This document shows, one piece after another, positions 29,505 through 39,853 of a DNA stretch of 64,000 nucleotides. The notes beneath the pieces were generated by a model. That model was not told where the DNA came from. It saw only the letters and a list, made by a program, of their open reading frames with translations, and did not search any database. Source of the stretch: a bacterium (GTDB taxonomy: Bacteria > Actinomycetota > Acidimicrobiia > Spongiisociales > JAENVV01); the NCBI GenBank assembly GCA_024639975.1, contig JAHEFX010000001.1, positions 1,460 to 65,459 of the forward strand, in the 5' to 3' direction. Numbering within the stretch: the first letter of the stretch is position 1; every line of letters starts with the position of its first letter. The position numbers were made by a program, and so were the translations under genes.

Positions 29505-30074
29505 ATGGCACGAACCTCTCGCGAAGACGTGATCGCCGCCGCCGGCCGGCTCTTCGCCGACCGCGGTTTCCACGGCACGTCCATGCGGGACCTCGGCGAC
29601 GAGCTGGGCCTGCTCGGGTCGTCGCTCTACTCACATGTCTCCAGCAAGGAGGAGCTGCTCGTCGAGGTGATTGCGCGGGGCGCGGCCAAGTTCGACGAGG
29701 CGGCGGCTGCCGCCCGTGCCGGGGACGCTTCGGTCGCGGAAGTCATACGCCGGCTCGTAGCCGGCCACGTGGACGTCCTCGTCGAGCATGCCAGCGAGGC
29801 GCGCACCTTCCTCGACGAGGCCCGATACCTAGAGACAGAGGAGCGGGACAAGGCCATCGCCATGCGCGACAACTACGAAGGGGTCTGGCGCAAGGTCATC
29901 GCCGACGGCGTCGAAGGGGGCGAACTGCGGCAGGTGGACCCCGTCCTGGGGTCGATCTTCGCCCTCTCGACGCTGAACGCGTTGGTGCGTTGGTACGACC
30001 CCGCTGGCCGGCTCTCCAAGGGGGAGCTCGCCGACGACATCGCTGCCTACGTGCTCGAGGGGCTCGGCGCGTAG
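29505..30074 (+). CDS. TetR-family regulator, KstR2/PaaR-like
   Basis: GFHGTSMRDLG...SLYSHVSSKEELL; C-terminal RWYDPAGRLS. Confidence 0.9.
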   Translation: MARTSREDVIAAAGRLFADRGFHGTSMRDLGDELGLLGSSLYSHVSSKEELLVEVIARGAAKFDEAAAAARAGDASVAEVIRRLVAGHVDVLVEHASEARTFLDEARYLETEERDKAIAMRDNYEGVWRKVIADGVEGGELRQVDPVLGSIFALSTLNALVRWYDPAGRLSKGELADDIAAYVLEGLGA

Positions 30075-30094
30075 CTTCGGGACCAGGAGGAAAC

Positions 30095-30505
30095 ATGCCA
30101 ACACTCGAACACTTCTGCACGATCGAGGGAACGATGCCCGCCACGGTGATCGGCCCGACGCCCGACGGGTTCCGGGTCGACTTCCCTTTCGAAGGCACGG
30201 CGACCGGTCCGCACTGGGAGGGTGAGATCCCCGTGGTCGGTACCGACCATGCCCGGGTGCGCAAGGACGGCACCGTGGTGCTCGACATCACCGCCCGGAT
30301 GGGAGAAGGGCCCGACACGGTCTTCTACAGGGCCAATGGCATCGCCCTGCCCACCGAGAACCGTGGTGACGCCGACCCCCAGGAGCTCCTCACCTTCGAG
30401 ACGGGCTCGGAGTCCCTCGCCTTCCTCAACCGGTCAATCGGCGTCGCCTTCGGCCAATCCCGTGGCCCCAGACTGAACCTCGAGGTCTACCTGGCGAAAG
30501 CCTGA
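30095..30505 (+). CDS. DUF3237-like beta-barrel protein
   Basis: IGPTPDGFRV, GTDHARVRKDG, FETGSESLAFLN; AGGAGG RBS. Confidence 0.75.
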   Translation: MPTLEHFCTIEGTMPATVIGPTPDGFRVDFPFEGTATGPHWEGEIPVVGTDHARVRKDGTVVLDITARMGEGPDTVFYRANGIALPTENRGDADPQELLTFETGSESLAFLNRSIGVAFGQSRGPRLNLEVYLAKA

Positions 30506-30521
30506 CGGCTCCTGCCGTCAG
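30502..30521. terminator. Short stem-loop between convergent genes
   Basis: ctgacggc-tcct-gccgtcag. Confidence 0.45.
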
Positions 30522-30589
30522 CCGATACCGAGTGCCGGCGCCCACGATCGTTCGACCACGTCAGTCGCCGGTACCCCAGTACTTGCCCG

Positions 30590-31369
30590 TCAGGATCCCA
30601 AGCCTCGGAACCGTGGCTTTCGTTTCTCCAAGAACGCGGTGACCGCCTCCAGGTGCTCGGGGCGGAGCCCCATCTCACCCTGCAGTCGCATCTCCTCGGC
30701 CAGGACCTCGGGCAGTGCATGACTCGACCCGAAATCGAGGAGTTGGCGGGTGGCGACGTAGGCGGCGGTCGGGCCGTCTGCCAGCTCGGCACCCCAGGCG
30801 ATCGCGTCGTCCACGACGTTCCTTTCGGAGGATCGATGGGCCAATCCGATCTCGACCGCCTCGTCGGCGGGGACCCGGCGTCCCGAGTAGGCGATCTCCA
30901 TGGCCCGGGAGAGGCCGACGAGTCGGGGGAGTGACCAGGGTGTCCCGGAGTCGGGGATGACGGCGACGTTGATGAATGCCGACATGAAGTAGGCGTCTGC
31001 GTGGACGACCCGCAGGTCGCAGGCGAGTGCAATCCCCATCCCCGCTCCCGCCGCCGCACCGTTGATCGCGCCGATCGTCGGGACGCGCGCGCCATGCAGG
31101 GCTTCGATGATCGGGTTGAAGACGTCCCGGATGGTGGCGGCGAGGTCGGGCTCACCGCGGTCGTACTCCTCCTTGAGGCTGAGTAGGTCCACTCCCGACG
31201 AGAAGGCCCGGCCCTCCCCGGTGAGGACCAGGGCCCGGGCTTCGTCCCCGGCCTGCTCCACATGGGAGATGAGCGATCGGCTCGTGGCCGGGTCGACGGC
31301 GTTGAACTTGTCGGGTCGGTCGATGGTGACGACGGCGACGTCGCCGTCGAGGCGGTAGGTCGTGGCCAT
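30590..31369 (-). CDS. Enoyl-CoA hydratase/isomerase (PaaG-like)
   Basis: RAFSSGVDL, INGAAAGAG, IPDSG and AFLEKRKP motifs. Confidence 0.9.
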   Translation of the reverse strand: MATTYRLDGDVAVVTIDRPDKFNAVDPATSRSLISHVEQAGDEARALVLTGEGRAFSSGVDLLSLKEEYDRGEPDLAATIRDVFNPIIEALHGARVPTIGAINGAAAGAGMGIALACDLRVVHADAYFMSAFINVAVIPDSGTPWSLPRLVGLSRAMEIAYSGRRVPADEAVEIGLAHRSSERNVVDDAIAWGAELADGPTAAYVATRQLLDFGSSHALPEVLAEEMRLQGEMGLRPEHLEAVTAFLEKRKPRFRGLGS

Positions 31370-31408
31370 GGGACGACGCTACGCGGCCGATCCGTAGGCT
31401 GGCCGACG

Positions 31409-32161
31409 ATGAAACCCGTTCTCGAGAGGGAGACCCCGTTCGCCGCCGCCCATCGAGGGTCACGCATCCTCTGGCCGGAGAACACCATGCCGGCATTCCA
31501 GGGTGCCTACGACATGGGCTACCGGGTGATCGAGACGGACCTCCATGCGACCTCCGACGGGGTGCTCGTCACCTTCCACGACCCGACGCTCGACCGGTGC
31601 ACCGATCGCTCGGGCCGGGTCGTCGACCACTCGCTGGCCGACCTCGCCGGGGTCGATGCCGCCCACCACTTCTCCGGTTGGGAGGAATCCGTGGCGATCC
31701 CCACCTTCGAGGAGGTCGTCGCCGCATTCCCGGACGCCGCGTTCATCCTCGACATGAAGGCGCCCGACCTCGAGCAGCTCCTTGCAGATGCGATCGCAAC
31801 CCACGACCTCTGGGACCGCGTGATCGTCGGCTCCTTCTCGGATGGGCGGACGCGGCGGTTCCGGGAGCTGACCGGTGGGCGAGTTGCAACGTCGTCCGGC
31901 ACCCGTGAGACGATCGCCGTCCGGGTCCGGTCATGGCTGGGCCGACCATCGGCGAGCCCAGCCGACGTCTTCCAGGTCCCCGTGAAGCAGGGCATCACCG
32001 TCGTCGACGAGCGGTTCGTCGAGGCCGCCCACCGGGCCGGCAAGCATGTCCACGTGTGGACGATCGATGAAGAGGCCGAGATGCGGCGGCTCCTCGACCT
32101 GGGTGTCGACGGCCTCATCACCGATCGCCCGGACACCTTGAAGCAGGTGCTCGGTCGCTGA
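31409..32161 (+). CDS. Glycerophosphodiester phosphodiesterase
   Basis: AHRG, PENT, ETDLH, HD, WTID and GVDGLITDRP motifs. Confidence 0.92.
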   Translation: MKPVLERETPFAAAHRGSRILWPENTMPAFQGAYDMGYRVIETDLHATSDGVLVTFHDPTLDRCTDRSGRVVDHSLADLAGVDAAHHFSGWEESVAIPTFEEVVAAFPDAAFILDMKAPDLEQLLADAIATHDLWDRVIVGSFSDGRTRRFRELTGGRVATSSGTRETIAVRVRSWLGRPSASPADVFQVPVKQGITVVDERFVEAAHRAGKHVHVWTIDEEAEMRRLLDLGVDGLITDRPDTLKQVLGR

Positions 32162-32180
32162 TTCGGCTCCCGGCGAATCA
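32159..32180. promoter_or_regulatory. Inverted repeat upstream of the sdpR-like gene (candidate ArsR operator)
   Basis: TGATTCG-N8-CGAATCA just upstream of the TAGAAT -10. Confidence 0.4.
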
Positions 32181-32199
32181 ATTGCCTAGAATTTCGGCG

Positions 32200-32484
32200 A
32201 TGGCCGAATCACAGTCTTCGGTGTTGAAGGCGCTCGCCCACCCGACCCGGCGCGGGATCATTCGCATCCTCCGGGACGGGGATCGCACGGCGGGGGAGCT
32301 CGCCGGCAGGTTCGATGCGGCGCCTTCCACGATGTCTGGGCACTTCTCGGTGCTGAGGAACGCCGGCCTGGTGCAGGGCCGCCGGAACGGCACGACGATC
32401 ACCTACACGCTCAACGTATCGGTTCTGGAGGAGACGCTGATGGCGACGATGGAGTTCCTCGGGATGGGAGCGGCGGATGAATGA
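32200..32484 (+). CDS. ArsR/SmtB regulator, SdpR-like
   Basis: KALAHPTRR..., TAGELA, SGHFSVLRNAGLV and YTLNVSVLEE motifs. Confidence 0.9.
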   Translation: MAESQSSVLKALAHPTRRGIIRILRDGDRTAGELAGRFDAAPSTMSGHFSVLRNAGLVQGRRNGTTITYTLNVSVLEETLMATMEFLGMGAADE

Positions 32485-33160
32485 GGAACGCCAACGGGTC
32501 GTGACCGGACCCACAGCTTGGATCTCATGGGGGCTGGTTGCTGCCGGGTTCCTCGTCGCAGCGTGGGGCATCACCCGGGTACCGGCCGGTGAGCAGATTC
32601 CCATGCACTGGAATGCCGCCGGGGAGGTGGACGGCTATGGCTCGCGCTGGACCCTCCTGTTGACACCGGCAATCGGCGTCTTCGTCGTCGGGTTGGTCTC
32701 GCTGGTCGCGAAGATCGAACCGAGGCGGAAGAACATGGAGGCGTCGATGGTGCCGCTCCGGACGCTCATGGTCTCCATGGCCGCCTTCATGTTCCTGCTG
32801 ACCGTCCTGATCACGATGACCGGACTCGGCCGGGATGTCGACGTCGGATCGTGGATCACGGTCGGTGTCGGCCTGCTGATAGCGGTGATCGGCAACATGC
32901 TCGGCAAGATCCGTTCCACCTACACCTTCGGCGTGCGAACCCCGTGGACCCTCGCCTCGGACCTGTCGTGGATGAAGACCCACCGAGTCATGGGGTTCTC
33001 CTGGGTCGTGATCGGAGTCGCCACGGCCCTGCTCGGCCTCTTCGGGCTGTCGGAGGCGGCCATCTGGGTGCTGCTCGGTGGACTGATCGGGTCCGTCGTG
33101 CTCGGCACCGTCTACTCCTACTTCGTCTGGCGCGACGACCCCGACAAGCGCGACGAGTGA
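32477..33160 (+). CDS. SdpI-family membrane (immunity) protein with DUF1648
   Basis: IPMHWNAAGEVDGYG, GNMLGK, GVRTPWTL and WMKTHR motifs. Confidence 0.9.
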   Translation: MNEERQRVVTGPTAWISWGLVAAGFLVAAWGITRVPAGEQIPMHWNAAGEVDGYGSRWTLLLTPAIGVFVVGLVSLVAKIEPRRKNMEASMVPLRTLMVSMAAFMFLLTVLITMTGLGRDVDVGSWITVGVGLLIAVIGNMLGKIRSTYTFGVRTPWTLASDLSWMKTHRVMGFSWVVIGVATALLGLFGLSEAAIWVLLGGLIGSVVLGTVYSYFVWRDDPDKRDE

Positions 33161-34062
33161 TGGCCGACCTCGAGCGGAGCCGCATCGTCATCTTCCTGGC
33201 GGCGACCTTCGGCTTCACCTGGAGCTTCTACGCCGTCATCTGGGCGACGGGCGGCTTGGCCGGGCAGACGATCGTGGCGGGGCTACCGCTCTCGCTCCCG
33301 CTCCTACTCGTCGCCATGTTCGGCCCGGCGTTCGGGAACTTCGTGGCCCGGATCGCGACCAAGGAGGGCTGGGACGACCTTCGGCTCGGATTCAACGGAC
33401 CGGCCAAGGCTTGGGCCGTGGTCTGGCCCGGGATGATCGGCGCCGCGGTGGTCGGAGCGGCGGTCTACTTCCTCGTGTTCCCAGGTGAGTTCGATCCCAG
33501 CCTCTCCGCGTTCGAGGACCAGCTGGGTGAGGCGACCGGCGGCCAGGAGCTCCCGTTCGACGCCTCGGTACTGGTCGTCGTCCAGGTGGCGGCGGCGGTC
33601 CTGTTCGCCCCGTTCATCAACGCGATCCCCGCCTTCGGCGAGGAGTTCGGCTGGCGCGGCTACCTCCAGTGGAAGCTCCGTCCCCTCGGATGGCGACCGA
33701 TGCTCTTGTGGATGGGCGTGATCTGGGGCATCTGGCACTGGCCGATCATCGCCATGGGCTACAACTACGGCGAGGGCTATTGGGGTGCGCCGTGGACAGG
33801 AATGCTGGCATTCCTCGTCTTCACGACCTCCGTGGGAGCGATCCTCGCCTGGTCGGCCGAGGTCACCGGTTCGTCGATCCCCGCGGCCGTGGGCCATGGC
33901 ACGGTCAACGGCATCGCCGGGCTCGGCATCCTGTTCGCTGCATCCAATGACCGTCCGCTGTTGGGACCCGCGACGGTGGGTCTCGTCGCCGGGATCGGCT
34001 TCGTCGGCCTCGCGTGGCTCGTTGCCCGATCGGAACCGGTGGTCCCGGCCGAGAACCGCTGA
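33160..34062 (+). CDS. CPBP/Abi (CAAX) intramembrane metalloprotease
   Basis: GEEFGWRGYL, WGIWH and HGTVN motifs. Confidence 0.9.
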   Translation: MADLERSRIVIFLAATFGFTWSFYAVIWATGGLAGQTIVAGLPLSLPLLLVAMFGPAFGNFVARIATKEGWDDLRLGFNGPAKAWAVVWPGMIGAAVVGAAVYFLVFPGEFDPSLSAFEDQLGEATGGQELPFDASVLVVVQVAAAVLFAPFINAIPAFGEEFGWRGYLQWKLRPLGWRPMLLWMGVIWGIWHWPIIAMGYNYGEGYWGAPWTGMLAFLVFTTSVGAILAWSAEVTGSSIPAAVGHGTVNGIAGLGILFAASNDRPLLGPATVGLVAGIGFVGLAWLVARSEPVVPAENR

Positions 34063-34125
34063 CGAACGCATCGGTGGGTCGGGACCTACCATTCCCGGCC
34101 CACCGCCCAGAACGAAGGAACCATC

Positions 34126-35100
34126 GTGCGCCAACGCGTCTTCTCCGGGATGCAGCCGACCGGCATCGTCCACCTCGGGAACCTCATGGGCGCGCTCACC
34201 AACTGGGCGGCGATGCAGGACGACCACGACTGCATCTACTGCGTCGTCGACCTCCATGCGATCACTGCTCCGTTCGAGCCCGAGGAGATGCGTGCCGCCC
34301 GGACCGACCTTGCGAAGGCGATCATGGCGGTGGGTGTCGATCCTGACCGCAGCCTCCTCTACCGACAGGCCGACGTGCCCGAGCATGTCGAGCTCATGTG
34401 GCTGCTCGGTGTCGATGCGACGATGGGCCCGCTGGGTCGCATGACCCAGTACAAGGAGAAGTCGGACAAGGCGGGCGAGCGCTTCGGGCTCTTCGCCTAC
34501 CCGCTCCTCCAGGCGGCCGACATCCTCATCCACCGGGTGCACGCCGTGCCCGTCGGAGACGACCAGACCCAGCACCTCGAGTTGACACGTGACATCGCCG
34601 AGCGCTTCAACAACCGCTACGGAGAGACCTTCCCGATTCCCGATCGGATCACCCCGCCCGTGGGGGCCCGGGTCAGCTCCTTGCAGGACCCGACCGCCAA
34701 GATGTCGAAGTCGGACCCCAACCCCCATGCCATGGTCGGCGTCTTCGAGGACCCCGACGCGATCATGAAGAAGTTCAAGCGGGCCGTGACCGACTCGGGC
34801 TCGGAGGTTCGATACGACTGGGACGAGAAACCGGGCATCTCGAACCTGCTCGAGATCTTCTCGTTCTTCGACGGCCGCTCCATCGACGATCTGGTCGCCG
34901 AGTACGGCGACCAGATGTATGGCCACCTCAAGGTCGCCGTGGGCGAAGCCGTGGTGGAGGGCCTCCGACCGATCCGCGAGCGCTACGAGGCCCTCGCCGA
35001 TGACGAGGTGGAGGAGATCCTCTCCTCCCATGCCGCCCGAGCCCGGGAGATGGCCCAGTCGACCATCGAAGATGTCAAGCAAGCCATGGGCCTGGCCTAG
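34126..35100 (+). CDS. trpS: Tryptophan--tRNA ligase
   Basis: SGMQPTG, HLGN, VPVGDDQ and KMSKS motifs. Confidence 0.96.
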   Translation: MRQRVFSGMQPTGIVHLGNLMGALTNWAAMQDDHDCIYCVVDLHAITAPFEPEEMRAARTDLAKAIMAVGVDPDRSLLYRQADVPEHVELMWLLGVDATMGPLGRMTQYKEKSDKAGERFGLFAYPLLQAADILIHRVHAVPVGDDQTQHLELTRDIAERFNNRYGETFPIPDRITPPVGARVSSLQDPTAKMSKSDPNPHAMVGVFEDPDAIMKKFKRAVTDSGSEVRYDWDEKPGISNLLEIFSFFDGRSIDDLVAEYGDQMYGHLKVAVGEAVVEGLRPIRERYEALADDEVEEILSSHAARAREMAQSTIEDVKQAMGLA

Positions 35101-35136
35101 GCGACGCCCGGGGCGGGTCGTACTGGTGCACTGATG

Positions 35137-35200
35137 ACCCCCCTCCCGTGGCGGGCGCCGCCCCCGGCGGTGCCATCCCCTCCCGCGGGGGGATCCCTCT
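35137..35200. repeat. Divergent copy of the REP-like element
   Basis: cccccctccc-hairpin-ccatcccctcccgcggggggatccctc, with the same architecture as the unit at 19586; lies between convergent genes. Confidence 0.55.
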
Positions 35201-35235
35201 GAAGGGACTCAGGTGCCACTCGGCCGAAGACGGAG

Positions 35236-35982
35236 CTAGGTACCGGCGACGCCGCTGAAGAGGAGGATCACCTGCACGCTGTTGTAGGTGGCGTGCATGA
35301 AGAAGGCCCGGCCGATCCGCCCGTTGTCAGCCTCCACCAGCCAGCCGAGCACGAGCGACAGGAGGAAGATCGGCCCGAGGAGGACGAAGAGCACGGTCGC
35401 CAGGTTCCCTCCCTGGAAGTGCACCGCGGCGAAGATGAGTGACGTGATCACGATGGTCGGCATCGGGGCGAACCGACGGGACAGGGAGCCTTGGAGGACG
35501 CCGCGGTAGAGGAGCTCCTCGGTGAGGGGTCCGACCACCCCGACCCCGAGCACGGCGGCCGCCGTCCAGAGGGGTCCCTGGATGTTCTCGAAGCTGGTGA
35601 CCAGGTCCTGGGAAGGTGCGTCGACCCCGGTTGCCTCCACGATGAGACCGAACACGATGAGACCGCCAACCGCGCCCAGCCCCCAGAAGATCCCGCGGGC
35701 GTCGGCTCCGGTGATGGGCAGCCCGAAGTCCTCGAGCGATGCCCGGCGGATGGCCTTGAGCACGAACAGACCGGCGATGGAGCCGATCCACTGCGAGGCG
35801 AGCGAGATGCCCAGGAACGTCGGATCCGACAGGATCCCCACGACGTCGAGGGACTCCGGCGGGGCCATGATGAAGGCCACGATCACGCCGAAGAAGCTGG
35901 CGCCGAGCATGGTCGCGAACACGATCAGGAAGTCGTAGACGCGGAACGGTGACTCGGTGGAACGGGCGGGAATCTGCTGCAT
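35236..35982 (-). CDS. CPBP/Abi (CAAX) intramembrane metalloprotease
   Basis: EELLYRG, FAAVH and HATYN motifs. Confidence 0.88.
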   Translation of the reverse strand: MQQIPARSTESPFRVYDFLIVFATMLGASFFGVIVAFIMAPPESLDVVGILSDPTFLGISLASQWIGSIAGLFVLKAIRRASLEDFGLPITGADARGIFWGLGAVGGLIVFGLIVEATGVDAPSQDLVTSFENIQGPLWTAAAVLGVGVVGPLTEELLYRGVLQGSLSRRFAPMPTIVITSLIFAAVHFQGGNLATVLFVLLGPIFLLSLVLGWLVEADNGRIGRAFFMHATYNSVQVILLFSGVAGT

Positions 35983-36053
35983 GTGTCCCGGGAGGTGTGG
36001 GATACGGCCGCTGGTACCGTAGCGCCCTCCCCGAAGCGCACAGGAGCCCCGAG

Positions 36054-37634
36054 TTGAGCGGACCCGTCGGACAGCCGAAGCACGGACAGGCGTCATCGCT
36101 CGAGGACACCGAGAAGGTCCTCGTCGTCGACCTCGGTGCCCAGTACGCCCGACTGATCGCCCGGCGTGTCCGCGAGGCCTCCGTGTTCTCCGAGATCGTC
36201 CCCCGGACGATCACACCCGAAGAGGTCCGGGCGACCGGCCCGATCGGCATCATCCTGTCGGGCGGCCCGGACTCCGTGAACGCCGACGACGCCGTCGAGA
36301 TCGACCCGAAGATCCTCGAGCTGGGGATCCCCGTCCTCGGGATTTGCTACGGCCACCAACTCCTCGCACGCGACTTGGGAGGGGACGTGGCGGCCACCGG
36401 CACCGGCGAGTACGGCCGGACGGACATGACCATCACCGGCGACTCCCGGTTGCTGGGTGGTCTGGACACCAGCCAGACCGTCTGGATGTCCCACGTCGAT
36501 TCCGTGACGACCCTGCCGGAAGGCTTCACCACCGTCGCCTCCACACCCGGGGCCCCGGTCGCCGCCATGGAAGCCCCCGAGCGCGGCTACTACGGGGTCC
36601 AGTTCCACCCCGAGGTCGTACACACACCGATCGGAGGCGAGGTCATCCGTCGTTTCGTCCAGGACGTCTGCGAAGCGGGGGAGGACTGGAACCAGGCATC
36701 GATCGCCGAGCACTCGATCGCCGCCATCCGCGAAGAGGTCGGCGATGGCAAGGTGATCTGCGGTCTGTCGGGCGGGGTCGACTCCTCGGTGGCCGCCGCC
36801 CTCGTCCACGAGGCGGTCGGCGACCAGCTGACATGCATCTTCGTGGACCACGGCCTGCTCCGCCTCAACGAAGCCGAACAGGTCGTGAAGACGTTCCGGG
36901 ACACCTTCGAGATCAACCTCGTGCACGTCGACGCTGCAGAGCTCTTCTTGTCCAAGCTGGAAGGGGTCACCGATCCCGAGGAGAAGCGGAAGATCATCGG
37001 CGAGCAGTTCATCCGGGTCTTCGAGGCAGAGGCCGCCAAACACTCCGATGCCAAATTCCTCGTGCAGGGGACGCTCTACCCCGACGTGATCGAGTCGGGC
37101 GGCGAGCACGCCGCCGTCATCAAGTCGCACCACAACGTGGGCGGCCTACCCGACGATATGGTCCTCGAGCTGGTGGAGCCGCTGCGCGACCTGTTCAAGG
37201 ACGAGGTACGCGCCGTCGGCTCCGAGCTGGGACTGCCCGATGAGATCGTCTGGCGCCAGCCGTTCCCCGGTCCCGGTCTTGCCGTCCGCATCATCGGTGA
37301 CATCACCGAAGAGCGCCTGGACCTGTTGCGACGTGCCGACCACATCGTGCGCGAAGAGCTCCGACTCGGCGGCCTCGAGCGCGAGATCTGGCAGTCGTTC
37401 GCCGTGCTTCCCGCCATCAGATCGGTGGGCGTGCAGGGCGATTTCCGCACCTACTCGTACCCCATCATCGTCCGCGCCGTCACCAGCGAGGACGCCATGA
37501 CCGCGGACTGGGCCCGGATCCCCTACGACGTCCTCGAGAAGATCTCCTCCCGGGTCATCAACGAGGTCGAGGGCATCAACCGCGTCGCCTACGACATCAG
37601 CTCGAAGCCGCCGGCGACGATCGAGTGGGAGTGA
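36054..37634 (+). CDS. guaA: GMP synthase (glutamine-hydrolysing)
   Basis: [25 protein letters not shown] and KPPATIEWE motifs; TTG start after AGGAG. Confidence 0.96.
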   Translation: MSGPVGQPKHGQASSLEDTEKVLVVDLGAQYARLIARRVREASVFSEIVPRTITPEEVRATGPIGIILSGGPDSVNADDAVEIDPKILELGIPVLGICYGHQLLARDLGGDVAATGTGEYGRTDMTITGDSRLLGGLDTSQTVWMSHVDSVTTLPEGFTTVASTPGAPVAAMEAPERGYYGVQFHPEVVHTPIGGEVIRRFVQDVCEAGEDWNQASIAEHSIAAIREEVGDGKVICGLSGGVDSSVAAALVHEAVGDQLTCIFVDHGLLRLNEAEQVVKTFRDTFEINLVHVDAAELFLSKLEGVTDPEEKRKIIGEQFIRVFEAEAAKHSDAKFLVQGTLYPDVIESGGEHAAVIKSHHNVGGLPDDMVLELVEPLRDLFKDEVRAVGSELGLPDEIVWRQPFPGPGLAVRIIGDITEERLDLLRRADHIVREELRLGGLEREIWQSFAVLPAIRSVGVQGDFRTYSYPIIVRAVTSEDAMTADWARIPYDVLEKISSRVINEVEGINRVAYDISSKPPATIEWE

Positions 37635-37771
37635 TCCGGCCCGACGGCCACCTGGCGACGGCCCAGCTCCAAAGGTACTGAAGGGGGACCCGCCGCAGGA
37701 ATGGGTCCCGCCGGTTGGAGTCCGGTGGGGGCGGGATCCTCGAGGACGTGAATCTTCGCCTTCCGACCTCC

Positions 37772-37799
37772 TCAGGTCGGCCCCTCACCATCCCGATAC
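37772..37799 (+). promoter_or_regulatory. Sigma28/WhiG-like promoter upstream of the CheA hybrid
   Basis: TCAG-N16-CCCGATAC, compared with the FliA/WhiG consensus TAAA-N15/16-GCCGATAA. Confidence 0.4.
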
Positions 37800-37828
37800 C
37801 ACTCCTACGCGTACCGGAGCATGTCCCC

Positions 37829-39853
37829 TTGGAGTGGTCGAACGACCCTGAACTCGTGAAGATCTTCGTCGCCGAGACGGCGGAGCGTTCCGCGCGTCTC
37901 GTGTCGGCTGCCGGTTCGATCTCCGAGAAGCGGCCGGACGCACGGATGGCCACCACGGCAGCACGCGACGCCCACACCCTGAAGGGCAACTTCGCCATGC
38001 TGGGCTACGAGTTCCTCAGCGCCGCAGCGGAGTCGATAGAGGACGCATGGAAGAGGATCGCCGACGACTCCCTGACCGTCGATGGCTCCTTCGCCTCCTC
38101 CCTTTCCGCTCTCTCTGCCGCCCTGCTGCCCGCCCTCGAGCACGGCGAGTCCACGCTCGGCCCTGCCTGCCGCTCGGTCTGCCATGCGCTTGGGCGGGCT
38201 TGTCGATTCGACGAAGGCGAAGCTGGGAGGAACGAGACCTTCTACGGCCTGGCCAACGACCGCCCGGACCTCGATGGCCTCCTCACCCGAACCCGAGGCC
38301 TCGTCCTCGGTGATGCCGTGCGTGTCGACTCCGGCCGCCTGTATGAAGTCATCAACCGATCCGTGGAGGTCCGCCTGGACATCGATGCCCTCGTGGAGGC
38401 GCTCAAGGCGGAGGTCGGTGAGGGTGCTTGGTCGCGCGCCGCCGAGGCGCTCCAGGCCGCCATCGGCAAGCTCCAGTCCGAGACCGCCGTGCTCGCCACC
38501 GGCCCGCTCCGGGAGATCACCACGACGCTCGCCCAGTTGGTGCGATACATCTCCAACCGGACGGGCAAGCGGGTCGACTTCAAGATCGTCGGGGACGAGA
38601 TCGAGGTCGATCGCCAGCTCTTGGATGTGCTCCGCGAGCCGCTGCGCCACCTCGTGGTCAATGCCGTGGACCACGGTTGCGAGCATCCCGACAAACGAAT
38701 CGCTGCCGGCAAGCCCGAGGTGGCGTCGGTCACCCTCTCGTTCGTCGCCGATGGTTCGACACTCCGTGCGTCGGTCACCGACGACGGCCGCGGGGTGGAA
38801 TGGGACGAGGTCGAAGCGGCCGCACGCCGGGCCCGACTGCTGACCGAAGAAGGCATCCCGAGCCGGACCGACCTCGAGCACCTCCTCGTCGCCCACGGTC
38901 TCTCGACCGGTGGATCCGGCGACGGCTTCTCCGGCGACGGGGTCGGGTTGGCGTTGGTGGCGAAGCTGGTGGACAAGGTCCACGGCGGCATGCGCATCGA
39001 TTCCCTCCCGGGCTCCGGCACCCGAGTATCGGTCTCCCTCCCGTCCTCACTGGCCCTCCAGGACGTGATCCTGGTTCGCTGTGCCGGCATGCGCTGGGGC
39101 GTCCCACGCGCCGCCGTGGTCGATGTCCTCGAGTACAAGCCGGCCAACCTCGTCGTCGAGGACTGGGACATCGCCTACCGCTACGCCGACGATGCCATCC
39201 CGTTCGTCTCGCTGTCCCAGCTCCTGGGCCGAGCAAGCGACGAACCGTCCCGGGAGGTCGTCGTCCTGACCACCCGCGCCGGGTTCGTTGCCATGGGCGT
39301 GCCGGCCGTCCTCAGCTCCCGGCTCGTGGCGGTCAAGCGTCTCGCCGGCGTGCTCTCGGGCAACGAGTTCCTTGCGGGTGCTGCCCTGCTCGGCGGTGGC
39401 GACATGGTGGTCGTCGTCGAACCGAACGGGATCGAGGCCGTCGGCGTCCGAGTCGGACCCGATCGGCCGACCATTGCCGTGGTGGACGACTCGCGCGCCG
39501 TCCGCCAGTTGCTCGCTGCGACGCTTGCCTCGGGGGGCTTCGAGGTCGAGTCGATGAGCGACCGGTCCGAGCTCATGGACCTCTTGGCCAAGCGGAGCAT
39601 CCAGGCCGTCGTGCTCGATTTCCACCTCGACCATGACGATGGCGTCTCGATCGCGGCGGCGCTCGGCGACCAGTACCCGGACCTTCCGGTGGTCCTGTTG
39701 TCCGGCGTGGCCGGAGAGACCGAGAAGGAGGCTGCCCGTCGGGTCGGCGTCCGAGAGGTCTTCGACAAGAACGGTCTGGGTGACGGCGCCTTCCTCGAGT
39801 CACTGCGCCGGCTGGTCGCCGGGGACCCGGTGCCCGAGGAGGCAACCCCGTGA
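37829..39853 (+). CDS. CheA-like hybrid kinase (HPt, dimerisation, HATPase, CheW-like, REC domains)
   Basis: AHTLKG (HPt), HLVVNAVDHG, DDGRG, SGDGVGL, LAGAALLGGG (CheW-like), VVDDS...VLDF (REC). Start uncertain between 37715 and 37829. Confidence 0.85.
   Translation: MEWSNDPELVKIFVAETAERSARLVSAAGSISEKRPDARMATTAARDAHTLKGNFAMLGYEFLSAAAESIEDAWKRIADDSLTVDGSFASSLSALSAALLPALEHGESTLGPACRSVCHALGRACRFDEGEAGRNETFYGLANDRPDLDGLLTRTRGLVLGDAVRVDSGRLYEVINRSVEVRLDIDALVEALKAEVGEGAWSRAAEALQAAIGKLQSETAVLATGPLREITTTLAQLVRYISNRTGKRVDFKIVGDEIEVDRQLLDVLREPLRHLVVNAVDHGCEHPDKRIAAGKPEVASVTLSFVADGSTLRASVTDDGRGVEWDEVEAAARRARLLTEEGIPSRTDLEHLLVAHGLSTGGSGDGFSGDGVGLALVAKLVDKVHGGMRIDSLPGSGTRVSVSLPSSLALQDVILVRCAGMRWGVPRAAVVDVLEYKPANLVVEDWDIAYRYADDAIPFVSLSQLLGRASDEPSREVVVLTTRAGFVAMGVPAVLSSRLVAVKRLAGVLSGNEFLAGAALLGGGDMVVVVEPNGIEAVGVRVGPDRPTIAVVDDSRAVRQLLAATLASGGFEVESMSDRSELMDLLAKRSIQAVVLDFHLDHDDGVSIAAALGDQYPDLPVVLLSGVAGETEKEAARRVGVREVFDKNGLGDGAFLESLRRLVAGDPVPEEATP

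Noticed and set aside
37635..37830. Integrative element at the guaA 3' end, a known hotspot
   Set aside because: No integrase and no repeat of the guaA 3' end seen downstream.
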